A stretch of 64,000 nucleotides of DNA from Dipteris shenzhenensis (taxonomy: Eukaryota). Below are positions 24,530-37,333 of the stretch, piece by piece; positions within the stretch are counted from its first letter, which is position 1; every line of letters starts with the position of its first letter. The notes beneath the pieces were generated by a model, which did no database searches, was not told the origin of the DNA, and saw nothing but the letters and a program-made list of their open reading frames with translations. The stretch lies in NCBI GenBank assembly GCA_047967505.1, contig CM106538.1; one strand, given 5' to 3'. Made by a program: the position numbers and the translations under genes.

Positions 24530-26923
24530 CAGCACCTGAAGTAGGCCATTTTACCATTTAGTTTGATAACCAAGAGAAGGCGTGTTTATAATTTTTAACG
24601 ACCATTTCTGCTTTCAACTCCTTAAGCTTGTGTGAAAAGGGGATTGATGTGTTGAAACCACACATAATACTAATGGACAATAAGAGAAAGAACAAGAAGA
24701 CAATTAAAGATAAAGGGCCTGTAGGAAAGGAAAATGAAAGAATATGGAAATTCAAAGGAGGGATACATAGGAAACGTCATGCGGTGCATCCCACAAAGGG
24801 TATCAAGTAGTAAAGGATGCTTTCAGCCAAGTGGTTCAGAGAATAAATACAGAATTTGCTCAACCGTTATCCCTTAAAAAAGGAATCAATAGAAAACGTT
24901 TATACTTCACCAAGAACTAAAGTAAAAACACCCATACTCAACTAGCAATATTTTACCCAAATGATGACGTTTAAAGATGTGTAGTACTTCAATGATCTTT
25001 GTACTTTACTCTACATAATAGCTTTGAAGATAGGTGCTTTGCACAAACACATATAGAAATCAACCTTCAATCACTTATGAAAAATAGTGTGTTAAAATAG
25101 GTGCTTTGCACAACCACACATAGAAATCAACCTTCAATCACTTATGATAAATAGTGTGTTAAAATAATTCCATGTAGAATTCCTTAAATATGGGGATACA
25201 AGAAGCGAAATCCAATCTCGAAGAATATAATAAAGAACAAGTCTTCGTTAGTTCTAGCTTGCCTTTTGGCTCTTTTAGAGTAGCTTTTTAACTTTTTGCT
25301 GTGTCTGTTATTTGGGCAACCTTGGCAAGTGATCAACCTCTTCTCCCCCCTCTTGCCCTCATACTTATAACTTCATCCTTGCATGTTGTCTTGCTTCTAC
25401 ATGGTTTCAACTCTTTTGTTCCACTTGGACGTGTTTCATGTCATAATCCACTATCATTCTATGTAGAGACTTGTTATCACCATCTAGGTTGAAATTGTTG
25501 GTTGCTATCCTAAACAATTTACATTATATAAACTCATCTAGACTATGTTTCTCAATCTTATGAGTTGCACACTCCTCTTACCTTGATCTATTATTTTTCA
25601 ATTATTGGAACTTTGTATTTACTAACTAGACATCATTGAGCGTGCATCCAAGGCTAGTGTTTCAACTTCTGATATTTGAAGACATAATTGGCTTTGTATT
25701 TACTAACTAGATATAATTGAGCATGCATCCTTTTGCAATTAATTATAGGCTATCAAATTTATAAGTAAGTTGATATTTCTAAGGATTATGATTTACACTA
25801 TTGCTCATAAAAGGTACTTTCTAAGGACATGAGCACATCATAGAATTCATTTAGGGGTAATTTCAAACATGAGCACACCATGGGATTCATTTAGGAGTGC
25901 TTGTAATGCAATTTAAAGACATCATTGAGCATGCATCCTTTTGCAATTAATTATGATGCATGCTCAATGATGTCTAGTTATTAGTAAATACAAAGCTTAA
26001 GGACGTCTTTAAATTACATGATAGGAAATCACATATGTATAGTTAGTAAATATGATACATGCTCAATTATGTCTAGTTAGGAAATACAAAGCTCAATGAT
26101 GCCTTTAAATTGTTAGAAGTAAATCAATCTCTCTAAGGATTATGATTTTCACTACTACTCATAAAATGTACCCGAAAATTTACCCTAAATGAATTCTATG
26201 GAGTGACCATGTCCTACATCATAATAGTGCATGTATAGAGTGCAATTGCATGTCTTGGAGATTTATCACACCATATAGTGAAAGCCTCAAAGTTGTCTCA
26301 TAAATTGTCTCTTCCATCATCACTAAAGATCACCTTTCAAGCTCATGAAGAACGATGGCATGAAGATAAAAAATTTGATCCTTTCAATCTAGTTGATATG
26401 ATAATTAGATGGGAGGGTAAAATGTCTATGGTAAGTATCCTTTATTCACCATTGTTAGACATTAACAATAGTTTGGTGCCCAAAGTTGAATCTCCAAATG
26501 TCTCCAAACTAAAAGATAGACATTGGTGGTGGAGTCTTAAGTTGAGGAGACTTCCACATAAAGTTAATAGCATGTGCACGTGATCTAAAATAAATGTATC
26601 ATTTGAAATGTCAAATTAATATACTTTTTATGTGTGGAATTGTAAGCAAGAATAATAATTTCGAGTATACTAATTGTGAGAGAGCCACTATTCCATCTAG
26701 GGTTAACAAAATACATGACCATGGGGGTGTTGAAAATTTTAAACATGGAAGAAAAGAATATAATAGCATGAATTACTATCTTGCCAACTCATCATAGCTT
26801 TGAATGCACTTAAACATAGAATGAAGGCCCAATACCACTAGGGGGGATTGAACAACGCTTGAAATAAAAAATGAATGGAATGTAGTGAAATGCAATTTAA
26901 TCAAATAAGCATAAATGTGTTAA
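24530..26923 (+). repeat. Diverged segmental duplication, copy 2, interrupted by a CACTA terminus
   Basis: Same anchors as copy 1. Where copy 1 continues GTGTTAA-GGGATTG, copy 2 continues GTGTTAA-CACTAGTTTGG. Confidence 0.85.
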
Positions 26924-26960
26924 CACTAGTTTGGTAGCATAATAGGACATAAAAATATCC
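26924..26960 (+). mobile_element. CACTA-type terminus 1
   Basis: CACTAGTTTGG plus an AGGACATAAAA subterminal motif, exactly at an insertion breakpoint defined by the paralogous empty site. Confidence 0.7.
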
Positions 26961-27847
26961 TTTTGATGTTTTGGCAAAAAAATTACAAATTGATGTAGAT
27001 GTGTTTTTTGATGATTTCCTCTCTTTAGCATAAAGGTAGACTCATAGTACTATTCCTTAAAAAAAGGAGCACAAAAAACCATTACATGTGATTCTAAAAT
27101 GCTCACAAATGTATGGTAACATAGCTTTTTGCTCAGGCAGTATTCACATTTGAAACTTTTTTTAGCATGCTTGGAAATAAAAATGCTTTTAATGAGTTAG
27201 CATTTTTTACAAAGTGTTTATAAGTATGTCAAACACCTAAGGGTGGCAATTGTTTTTTTTAAAATAGTTTTGGCAAGATTGATTTAGCAAATAACAAGAG
27301 TGGTTAGCCTAATGGGTTGCATTTCATAAATGAGCATCTTTGTATATTACACATAATAGCCACAAAGTGTTATATCTTAACAATACTAAAATTCTATCAT
27401 ATGAAAAAATCACCACATCACAATATAGGATATAATTAAAGATATTTAGTGCTCTTAATCTAAACTATCAAAACAACTTGAGCATTAGACCTTACTTTTA
27501 TAGTTTTGAATTATCTCGTATAGAAGTGTTCTACATATAACTTTTTAAAATTGGTATCACTCCTTCATGATTAGAGGCATTCTAGACATACAACTTAAAT
27601 GTTTGAAGGTTCTTGTAATACCAGTTAACCTTTGTATTTTGAAAATAACATAAATTACAACATAATGAACAATCAAAATAAGGTTTGAATTTGGTTTTCT
27701 ACATGATATGAGGTCGCCTAAAAACTCATGCTACTCCATAATATCCTATTGAAGACATATATAAAGTAAGGTTGACTTTGGAACTTGTTAGACATGTCAA
27801 AGAAATAGTAAAAGATCAAAATTTTCCTCGCTACCACCATCTACTAA

Positions 27848-27900
27848 CACTAGTTTGGCAGAAGGACATAAAAATGTCCTAGGACACTTTTATGTCCTGT
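27848..27900 (+). mobile_element. CACTA-type terminus 2 (same family, same orientation)
   Basis: CACTAGTTTGG followed by AGGACATAAAA...TTTTATGTCCT inverted subterminal repeats; also preceded by TAA. Confidence 0.65.
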
Positions 27901-27929
27901 CAATTTAGCAACTTTCTAGAATTATTCAA

Positions 27930-29900
27930 AAGCATCGACTCAACTATGATATTTTGAGAAGGAGAGGATACGTTTGTTCATCGTTAGTCATGTCTAAAAC
28001 AACAAAGTTGGATAGGAATATGATTCCACCAATGTTCATGTGGGAACCTTTGATTTCTCCCATAGGCATCACTTTGCCTTGATTAGCCATTTGCACTTAG
28101 AAATTTACTTAGAAAATTTACTTGATTAGCCATTTGTACTTAGAAATTTGTACTTTGCCTTGATTAGCCATTTGTACTTAGAAATTTACTTCACTTGTTA
28201 GCTTCAAAATAGGATGTTGCATTATACCTTTAGGGATAAGGCTCACATTGGCTCCATGATCAAGGAACACATGCTATAATTGCAGCTATTTATTTCCACA
28301 GTCATCCTAAGAGTTTGTTAACACGTGAGAGTAGCATAAGCTGAGCAGTGCTTTATTGTTGGTCCACCTTGACCATCTTGTTCTTCAATGTGTGCCTTTT
28401 GTTGACCTCCTAGATTTTTTAAAAAGAATGCAATGGTCTAGTGCTTGATTTGTGGAGATAATTGACATACTTGCCTTAGGGTGAAGTTGGGTCAAAACTC
28501 TAAAATTGGTTTGTGGGCAGCCAAGGTCGAGAAACTATATCTAAATCTCTAGCCATTATCTCTTGTCATGAGTAATCCCCAGTACTTCCTTTCCCTTTTC
28601 TTTTGAAGTACCATGGCTCTTTGAATTCTCCTTTAATTGTTGGAGGTATTTGTTGTAGGAAGAGTGGAGGGTTCTAGTTGCTCTTCCTTTTTCTTGCTCT
28701 GTCATTGTTGGGACACTACTTAGGTCAGTTTTGCAAACCTTGTTAGAGTGAGCTTTCAAGAAGGAAACTCAAGAGCGCTTCCTTCTTCCTCAAAACTTGA
28801 TTATATGTCTCAGGTAACACCCTCAATCATAACCTGATATGTTGAAGGCATAGTTTGGTCATTGGAGATGTACCACTCTTAGGATTTGTAAGAGGTCTTG
28901 ATGACCATGTAACCTTAGACATTCATTTAAATCCATTGATAGTAGAAGAAAAGGGTAATGTCTTTTTGGGTACATTGTACACCTAGGAGCTGGGAAATGA
29001 CTTCCTTGAAGACATCTCTATGGATGCACTTGTCCTAGCTTTTATGATGAAGGTGGTCTTGTTGGCAATCAGGCCTCAGGTACTTAATTGCCAACAAAAA
29101 TTCCACGCTTGGTTTGTGACTTTTTCACTGCTCCCAACATTGCCCCAATCATATATGGGCTACCTACCTCCTCGACCACTACTACCGAGCTACTACCTCA
29201 ATTGTATTGACCTAAGGTGTTGGTTCCTATGCAAGATGGCCCACCAAATGGTTGTGTACATTCATCCTAGTAGTTTCCATACTCCCCAAATCTATAGAAA
29301 ATGATTGTTCTTCATAGGGACATTTAGCGTCCTCCTTGACGTCCTTAAAGACCACCTCATGATTGATCTCATGGGTAGTATGGTCCATACCAACCTCTGG
29401 GTTTTTGCTATGATGTGTAATACAACTAATGACAATGGCCCTAACTAATTGGGTGTAGAATCTTGAAGAAAAGGGACTAGTAAGTAGTGAATGTGGAATA
29501 GTAGAAGGTATAAGTGGCTCTAATACATTCACATGAACAATGGTACTGATATTAGATCGAAGGCTATCAGTTGAACCACAACAACTAGGGGTTCTCTAGC
29601 AGGAAAATCTAGAAAATGCTTCCTTAAGCCCTTAGGGTACCTACATTTGCAGGCATCATGTCCATGAATTTTGCAAAAGGTGAAAGGTAGTAGTGATGCC
29701 TTATGTTTGGAGGGACATCCCCATTGACCATGATTAGAACCTTTATGCTCAATGCACTAGAGACCACCTATAACTTGGATTCAAAAGATGAAGGCCCCTC
29801 TACCCTTGTTCTTTAAGTCCTTTTTTAATTTCTTCCAACTCCTTCTTGAGGTGCTACCATTTTGATGATCCATCCTCTCTTGAAAGCTTGGTGCTTGAGA
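27930..29900 (-). mobile_element. Ty3/Gypsy gag-protease remnant
   Basis: Zinc-knuckle-like FCKIHGHDACKC (~29680). Protease VFLDHGANVSLIP (~28265-28230), MANQGKVMPMGEI..MNIGG and FVVLDM...YPLLL (~28090-27955). Confidence 0.72.
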
Positions 29901-29901
29901 G

Positions 29902-32624
29902 TGTTGAGATATGGTGCCATGTGCACATAGATTAAAGGCTAAGGTATGGTATAGGAAAGAATTACAGTAGCCACCCTAGGATGTGGACTACATGATGTGG
30001 AGATGTGGATCAAGGATATCCACAAGGAGAAATGTGGATCAGAGGATCCTACAATTGATGACTATTCTAAGGGCTCTCTCTATATAAGAAGCCTATCTTG
30101 TATTGTTGAATAGAGAAAAACACATACACTCAAGATTTTGTTTATGAGTCCATGCTAATCTATCTTGGAACCTAATTGACTCGAGGTACATGTCATGAGC
30201 ACTCTCTTCATCATCATGTTTACACCTCGTTTACACATAGGTTTCATCCACCTTAGAGCACTCCATAGATCCTGAGGCACGCATGTTTTCTCATGGTATC
30301 AGAGCATAGGACTAGTCTCCTACAAATTTCCATCCATAGGTTTTCGCTCATTTCGATTCTTCTTATGAGAAATTTGTGAGAGAGTTTTTCCTTCTAGAGA
30401 TTCTATTCCTCTTGAGTGAAGTTCTAGGTTCTTGAGAGGTTGAGAGAAAGAGGATTCTTCTAAGCTTCTTCATCTTCTAAAACCTCAGGAAGACTAGCTT
30501 TATTCTGTGAGAGAGATTTTCATTTGATGTCCTTTTAGCCTTTTGATATTCTAGTCAACTCGATCAGCCTTACTTGCCTGTATTGCATCACTAAAAAAAA
30601 AAAAAGGATTGGTTGAGGAGACAAGCTATGATGGACATGCCATCTAGCAAGGCACATACAGCAGCAAAGCAGACAACCAGCCCACAGTCGGCAGCAAGAA
30701 CTTCAAGAGCTCCATCAAAGGCAAAACAATCGTGGATGGCTCTCCAATGAGTAACGAACAACAGCGGTCTCCTTCAGCTACTCTCGTCCTCCTTATTAAT
30801 CGCTGGACTTTGTTTTTAGGCTTCCAAGTTGAGACCTCTCTGATCTGCTCGTTTTGCATCCATCATCTCTTGAGATTGGGTTAATCGTTCATCATTCCTT
30901 GTTGCAGGCCGGAAACAGCAAGCAGCAACAGCACCTTTGCAAGGCATTCTTGATCGACAGATCAGCAGCAACTTCCTTCGCTTCTCCACGCCGTCTCAGA
31001 AGCCAGCCATCTCATGGATTTGATTACCCGCTACACAACATGCCTGCAATGCCTTCCTTTTCTCTCTCCGGACCACTGTTCTCCCAAGATACTCTCCAAC
31101 CAAGCTCCAGCTCCTAACTCCACTGGGTCACGAGCGTCGGCTCCCAAGCACATCACCACCGGCCATCGCCAGCACATCAACCAGCCACCATTGCCAGAAG
31201 CCGTGACGACCAAACAAACAATGCACAACAGCTCTAAAGACCCTCTAGCGACCAGTCGGCTCTAACTCTTGCACAAGCACAACAGCGCTGACAATGCTTT
31301 CTCAACCAGTTGCATCAATCGCGATGCTCCTACAACAACCACGATGATGCAAGTCTATAAGATGTCTCTCGAAGATTCGTAGCCTCACATCGTTGCTCCG
31401 CTCACCATCGTTTTGGAGCAAATCGTTCGCAGACTTGCTCCATTGTACATTTGTCTCAACAATTTGTCAAGCTGCGGTGAATCATCGACAATCCTCTGAT
31501 TTGTTGCTTGATCTGTCATCACGATTTCATTGTTTTGAGTCCTGGCTCACACGAAAGCCTTTGGAGGAGGAGAAGCCTCAAAATATCCAGCCCAAACGGC
31601 TCTCCAATGAACAACGCCATCAATGAGTGCGTTGCCTCAACAAGGAGCATAGTAGCTCAATTCATCACGCGCCACCTTCTCTGGCTTCTTTCTCTGTAGA
31701 AAGGTTCATTTCAAGGTTTCCCATTCATTGACACCTGGCACTTGATAAAAACCATCATTGAGTTTATGTAACTTTGGTTAGAAGACTGCCACATCACCAA
31801 GTGCCATCTAAGCACACAGCTTCTTGCTAAGCACAATGTGAGTGCAGCATGTGAATCCCTCTGCCTCATCATCAAAGGCCTCTTCTTCATAAAAACTTCG
31901 ACAAACCGTAACTTCCAATCCAAGAAGAATTTGCACTCGCTCCAAAAGAAAAAATGATCGCCTTTTCGAGCTCTAGGTGCTTGTCAAATTAGAATTATTG
32001 TATGCAATTAGACACTGCCAATATTGAAAGAAATCAATTGATCAGACCTTTGCAACAAATGACAAATCAAAGCTTGAATGCACACATCGCTGTCATAAAG
32101 ATGCCAAAAGCACAAGTGCATGAGATAACCATAGTGCGAAATGTGGCATCCACACATAAAGCGTTAAGGCACATGGAAGAACAAAGCATCATGCATCAAG
32201 CTACATCAAGCAAAGAAGAGAACGCCATCGACATCAAGCATTAAGAAGCAACAACCTTGCCACCTTCAGCCTACACGTTTTTATATCAAACTTGACCACC
32301 TGAGAGTAGCTATGAAAGCACCCAAGGGAGGTATTGACATGTAAAAGCCACACTTGACCACCTTAAGTAGCAATGCATGCACTAAGGGGAGGTGATGGAA
32401 TGTAAACTCACGTCTGACCACCTTGTGGTAGCCAATGGTTCATGGCACTAAGGGGAGGTGTTGAGATATGGTGTCATGTGCACATAGATTAAAGGCTAAG
32501 GCATGGTATAGGAAAGAATTAAAGTAGCCACCCTAGGATGTAGACTACATGATGTGGAGATGTAGATCAAGGATATCCACAAGGAGAGATGTGGATCAGA
32601 GGATCCCACAAGTGTTGACTATTA
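29902..32624 (+). mobile_element. Non-autonomous or decayed LTR element with truncated 3' LTR
   Basis: 5' LTR TGTTGAGA...TCTCA at 29902-30293; PBS TGGTATCAGAGC at 30294; PPT AAGGGGAGG; 3' LTR from 32459 matches the 5' LTR for ~165 bp and then stops. No intact pol. Confidence 0.85.
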
Positions 32625-32679
32625 TAACCATATTACATACATGACCACATAGAGAGGGGGGCAGGGGGGGGCATGGGGT

Positions 32680-33986
32680 GTGGGAGGGGGAGGGGGAGAT
32701 TTTGCCTTCTCGACAACAAATATAGCACCCGATGCACTTGAGCCTTTGCAAGAAAATATTGCTCACTTGTTTTCCAACTATACTCATGATAAGGGATGGT
32801 CTGAGTCAGATATGCAAGTGGCAAGGAATTTACTACTAGCTTGGAGAGTCAAGAAAGAGGAATATATGGGTCCAAACTCATCTCCTCTCGAACATGTGGC
32901 AGGTTTATTCTTTCACTTACATCGCATGAAACTTTTTTATTTTCACCTGCATATATAATTTGGCAATCCATTGTGTAACTAATGATTTTGATGGAGCTAT
33001 TTATGTTTCTTGTATATATTTGGCAAATGCGTAGGCGAATCCTTTGAAGGTAATCCTAAACTTATATCTAATTTCTCCTTTTTCTTTATTCTATTTTTAT
33101 GTAAGTTTTTAGGCACTTATGTGTTAAAGCAAATTCTTAACATTTCTACTTTCTCTTTTTACGAGATTTTCTTGAATTCTTTTATGTAGTTTTCTAGATT
33201 TGTTCTTGATGAAGGTGGTGACCTTTGGATTTGTGACAAGATTCTCTGTCTTGCTTTCTTCATGGATGCATAACTTATAAGTCATGGATTTTAGGCACTT
33301 ATGTGTTAAAGCAAATTCTTACCATTTCTACTTTCTCTTTTTACGAGATTTTCTTGAATTCTGTTATGTAGTTTTCTAGATTTGTTCTTGATGAAGGTGG
33401 TGACCTTTGGATTTGTGACAAGATTCTTTGTCTTGCTTTCTTCATGGATGCACAACTTATAAGTCAAGGTGATGTTGCTCGCTTCCTTGAGCATATTTTA
33501 AAGTCCAAAGAACTGAGTCCTTTGGTACAAGACATGATTGCTAGTGTCAAAGCCCTAATCGCACAGGATGATATTCCTTCTAACACGATAGAGCTCAAGG
33601 AGAAGATGAATGGTAGATGTAGATCTAGCATTGACCCTTTGGCAATGACACCCACATACGAGCAATATTTCGCATTCCAAGAAAAAAAAGATCATGATGC
33701 TAGCAAGTTGTATGGGAAAGAGCTTCTCTTGAAGCACTTTAAAGAGCAACATTCTGTGTTATGTGTAAACCGATATCATGTACATAGTTGGTTTGACAAC
33801 ACCAATCTAGACTTGTGCCACAATCCAAAAGGGAAAGAGAAAATCAAATACATAATCTCACAAAAGCTCCATGAGATACTACCCTTGCACTTTCCAGGAG
33901 CTACTAGCTACTTTTGGAAAAATGAAGACATATATCAGTGGGTCTTAGTGTGGATGCAAGGGAAAAGGAAGTATGAAAACAGATAG
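32680..33986 (+). pseudogene. Spliced orphan gene or pseudogene of unknown function (putative element cargo)
   Basis: An ORF piece (ALEPLQENIAHLFSNY...SPLEHVA, donor near 32902), then acceptor ttctag| near 33379 opening FVLDEGGDLWICDKILCLAFF in frame with the 180-aa ORF. No family recognised; the 5' end abuts the LTR. Confidence 0.45.
33109..33466 (+). repeat. 182-bp tandem duplication of an intron/exon junction
   Basis: AGGCACTTATGTGTTAAAGC at 33111 and 33293. Confidence 0.9.
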
Positions 33987-34968
33987 AGAAAAGAGATGGT
34001 TGTTTTTCCAAATGCAAGTTCAACCCCACAAGAAACGATGAGGTCAATGTACTAATATAATAGTAATCATAGTACTTTTTAGATCTTCATGTTGATTTTA
34101 AACTAGTTTCTTGAAAGATGAAGACATTCCTGTCTTCTTAAACATGCATATATTAGATTCAATTTCACATTGGACATGTACAAGATAGTGATACGCTTAT
34201 AAATGCGAGTCACAATAGAAATTTGGATGGTATTTTCTCAAATCAGGTACTCGGTAGTTTCACTGGAGCTCGTATTTATTTTAAGTTGCTTTCTTATGAA
34301 ATACATGCAGTTTACCTTCTTTACTTTAATTTAGTCATGAGATATATCTTTAGCTTTTTTGAATGGAATTTTGTAGGACAAGGAAGTTGTTACCTTACAC
34401 AACAAAAGCAAAGAAGACATGTAATACCTATTTCATTAATTTTGGACTAGTGCACTGTCCAAATTTGTTTTGTGAGATAATTTTGGATAAAGCATTTCAA
34501 AAAAAGAGGCTCTTATAAAACAAAACTTTGAGTCAAAAAGTAAGATTTTAAAAAAGCAAATTAGAAAAAATGATGTGACATGTTATTAAAACTAGAGTAC
34601 ATTAAAAAAAGAGGACTTCATATTGTTAAAAGAGACAAAAAGTAAGATTTTAAAAAATTAAATTAGAAAAAAAACTAGAGTACATTTAAAAAAAAGTATG
34701 ACACATTTGTACAAGAAGTAGATCATAGAACTCAAAGCCATATGGTATTAAAAAACACCTTCCATTAGCTCATCTTAGAAGATGTCATCTTTGTCTCTCT
34801 TGTCTATTACAACTTTACATTAGAGAACTAAAAAGTCTTTGTGGAACTGTAGTTTCATTTCTTGTCTATTACAGTTACTTTAGAAAACACATAAGTCTAT
34901 GGAATTAAATTTCACAGTTACTTTAAATTTCTATGGAATTAAATTTCCATCACTTGACTATTAAGTCA

Positions 34969-35424
34969 TTAGAGAGAGCATATGTCGTCAAAAGTGCCTA
35001 CTATGGCATTGGCTTCATGAAAACAAGCAGACTTTAAACTTGCAGGCCATGCGTAACCAGGGCTGGCATCACAAATCTCCTCACAGACTCTCCTCACAAC
35101 TTTTTTCGAATCTTCCACTGACTTGTAAGCATTCAACAACTCTTCTTTTCTCTCTTGGCTTTCCTCATCTTCACCATTTTTTCAATACAGCTTCTAGCCA
35201 CCACCATATCCTGTACGAAAATTTAACTCGTTTGCATAAGAAGTACGTGATTAAAAGAAGCAAAAAAGAAAGCTAAGGATATTCACCTCTTCTGCTGAGT
35301 TCAAATCAAGCAGCCATGTGCGTAACATATTCTCATCGAATGATTTTTCCTTCATTGGTCCATACAAAAGAGATCTAAGATAGAATTTGAGTTCAGTAAA
35401 TGAAGTCGGGTAGTAACTAGTCAT
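34969..35424 (-). pseudogene. Small two-exon orphan ORF with one probable frameshift
   Basis: ATG 35424 MTSYYPTSF...LNSAEE|gtgaat; acceptor tacag| at 35211, then DMVVARSCIEK. A 2-bp slip in a GA run is needed to reach ...GYAWPASLKSACF...ICSL*. Confidence 0.35.
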
Positions 35425-36103
35425 TGTCTTAGAGGGAAAGTGGGAGAAGGAGAGTGAGGGAGCAATAGCGAGGGATGCACAATGAGCTGCCCCTCCTTCA
35501 AGAGTGATAGAAAGTGAGGGAAGACGTAAAGTGAAAGATGAATACAAGTTAATTAGAAGGACTAGGATGTAAGAAATAAGAGAGTGTTTGTGGAAGGACT
35601 ACGATGAAAGATTACAAGTGCATTAAGGCACGATGTGTTCGCTATGATAAGGATAAGGGTTGGAATAAAGTGAGAGAAGCATTGGAAATGCTCTACTTTA
35701 AGTGAGTGGAGACTGTCCAACTGAATAAAATTTTGCAGAGCATTGGGAATGCTGTACTTTAAGTGAGTGGAGCATTGGGAATTGATACTTTGCCATGAAA
35801 TATATTACAAATATTACATCATCACATATTCATATCAAAATTCTCATCACAGAAGGTTATATTTCCTAATAATCACATCATCACACATTCATATCATAAA
35901 ATTGTGTGCATGAAATAAATATATAAATATCATGACTAAATGCCACTTAAGTAATAAGTCAGAAATTAGTGTATGATCAACAAAAATTACATCATGACTC
36001 ATACATTGCAACAAATAAATGTCAACCATAATATTCATGGAGTAAACAACATCATGAGAATATGCTCCTCATGCATATATACAAACACAACATCATACAT
36101 GCA

Positions 36104-37330
36104 TCACAACTCTTCTGATGCTTCTAGTGGAGACTGTGGCAACTCTTCTGATGCTTCCAATGGAGGCTGTGGTGCTCTAGATGTACACTCAGTCTCTACT
36201 TCTTTTGTAGTATGTAGTGCTTTCAGAGCAGACTCAGTATCGTCTTCCTTAAATGCAAGCAGAGGCTGTGGCAACTCTTCTGATGCTTCCAGTGGAGGCT
36301 GTGGTGCTGTAGGTGTACACTGAGTCTCTACTTCTTCTGTAGTGTGTAGTGCTTTCATAGTAGACTCAGTCTCCTCTTCTTTAAATGCAAGCTCTGATAT
36401 TGCTTCAGTTGCATGTTGTATTCTAATGGTAGCAATTAGGTCTCGAATGATTTCAGCCCTAAACAATTGTATATCCTCCTCTAAATATTTGAGCTCCAAA
36501 GAGTCTTCCGATGAGATCCGTGGCTTAAGTGGGAAAATTTCATTGAAAATCAACATATGCAGTTGTAGGCAACTCTCCACCCACAACTATGCCCATCTTC
36601 CTGCTCTACTACTAAACGCTTTTGGAAGTCCACCGAGTCTTTGTACTGTCCTGTTTCTGTGATAGCAGATACCAACTTCTCAATCGACCTGCTCATCATG
36701 ACATATTAAAAAAACTTAGTGTGTCTATTACATAAGGTACATAATATAGAAGTAACAACAAATTAATAGAATACTTACGTTTGCACTAAGCCATGAAAGC
36801 CTGCAATCGAGTTAACAAACCAACAATAGTTGTCTTCAAGGTCCCAAACCACCAGACTCCAATGTTCCCTACACGAATAATTAAGAACCATTATTATTTA
36901 ACACAATGTTGCCAGTATAAGATGAAAATAAAGGTTGCCATGATACTTACATCTCATGATATGCCATAAATAGGACTCGCACGCCATGTAAATGTAAAGG
37001 CTGTAACCATTTACAAACATCGGCTATTGTCTTTCTGCTATCGCTAAGTATAGGAGAAAGGAGGGAATCCAACATATACACACGGTTTTGTACGGCTCTA
37101 CCAAATCGTGAAATAACTATACTGCACCAACAAATAAATGAATATTAGCTTATTAGATTTAATCAAAATATTGAATTATCAAGCAGAGAAAAAGTTTGTA
37201 TCAAACCTGAGAATGGCCATCATACGTTGTTATTGACCTCATTTGAAGCTCTAGAGAGGATTGAAATCTCCTCTCCCCCAAATTCAAGATACTGAGGTCT
37301 ATGTTGAATCATAACCCTAACATTAAAAGA
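36104..37330 (-). pseudogene. Ulp1/C48 protease module 3 with repetitive C-terminal tail
   Basis: EVNNNV | YMLDSLL...VRVLFMAYHE | EHWSLVVWDL...FVNS | EQEDGHSCGWRVAYNC; tail of QPPLEASEELPQ repeats. Confidence 0.82.
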
Positions 37331-37333
37331 GCT

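Noticed and set aside
31700-32250. Possible RT/RNase H remnants inside the LTR element at 29902
   Set aside because: Only faint resemblance, on inconsistent strands; cannot be supported without a profile search.
33109-33466. 182-bp duplication with the same period as the satellite
   Set aside because: No sequence similarity to the satellite monomer; the equal length appears coincidental.
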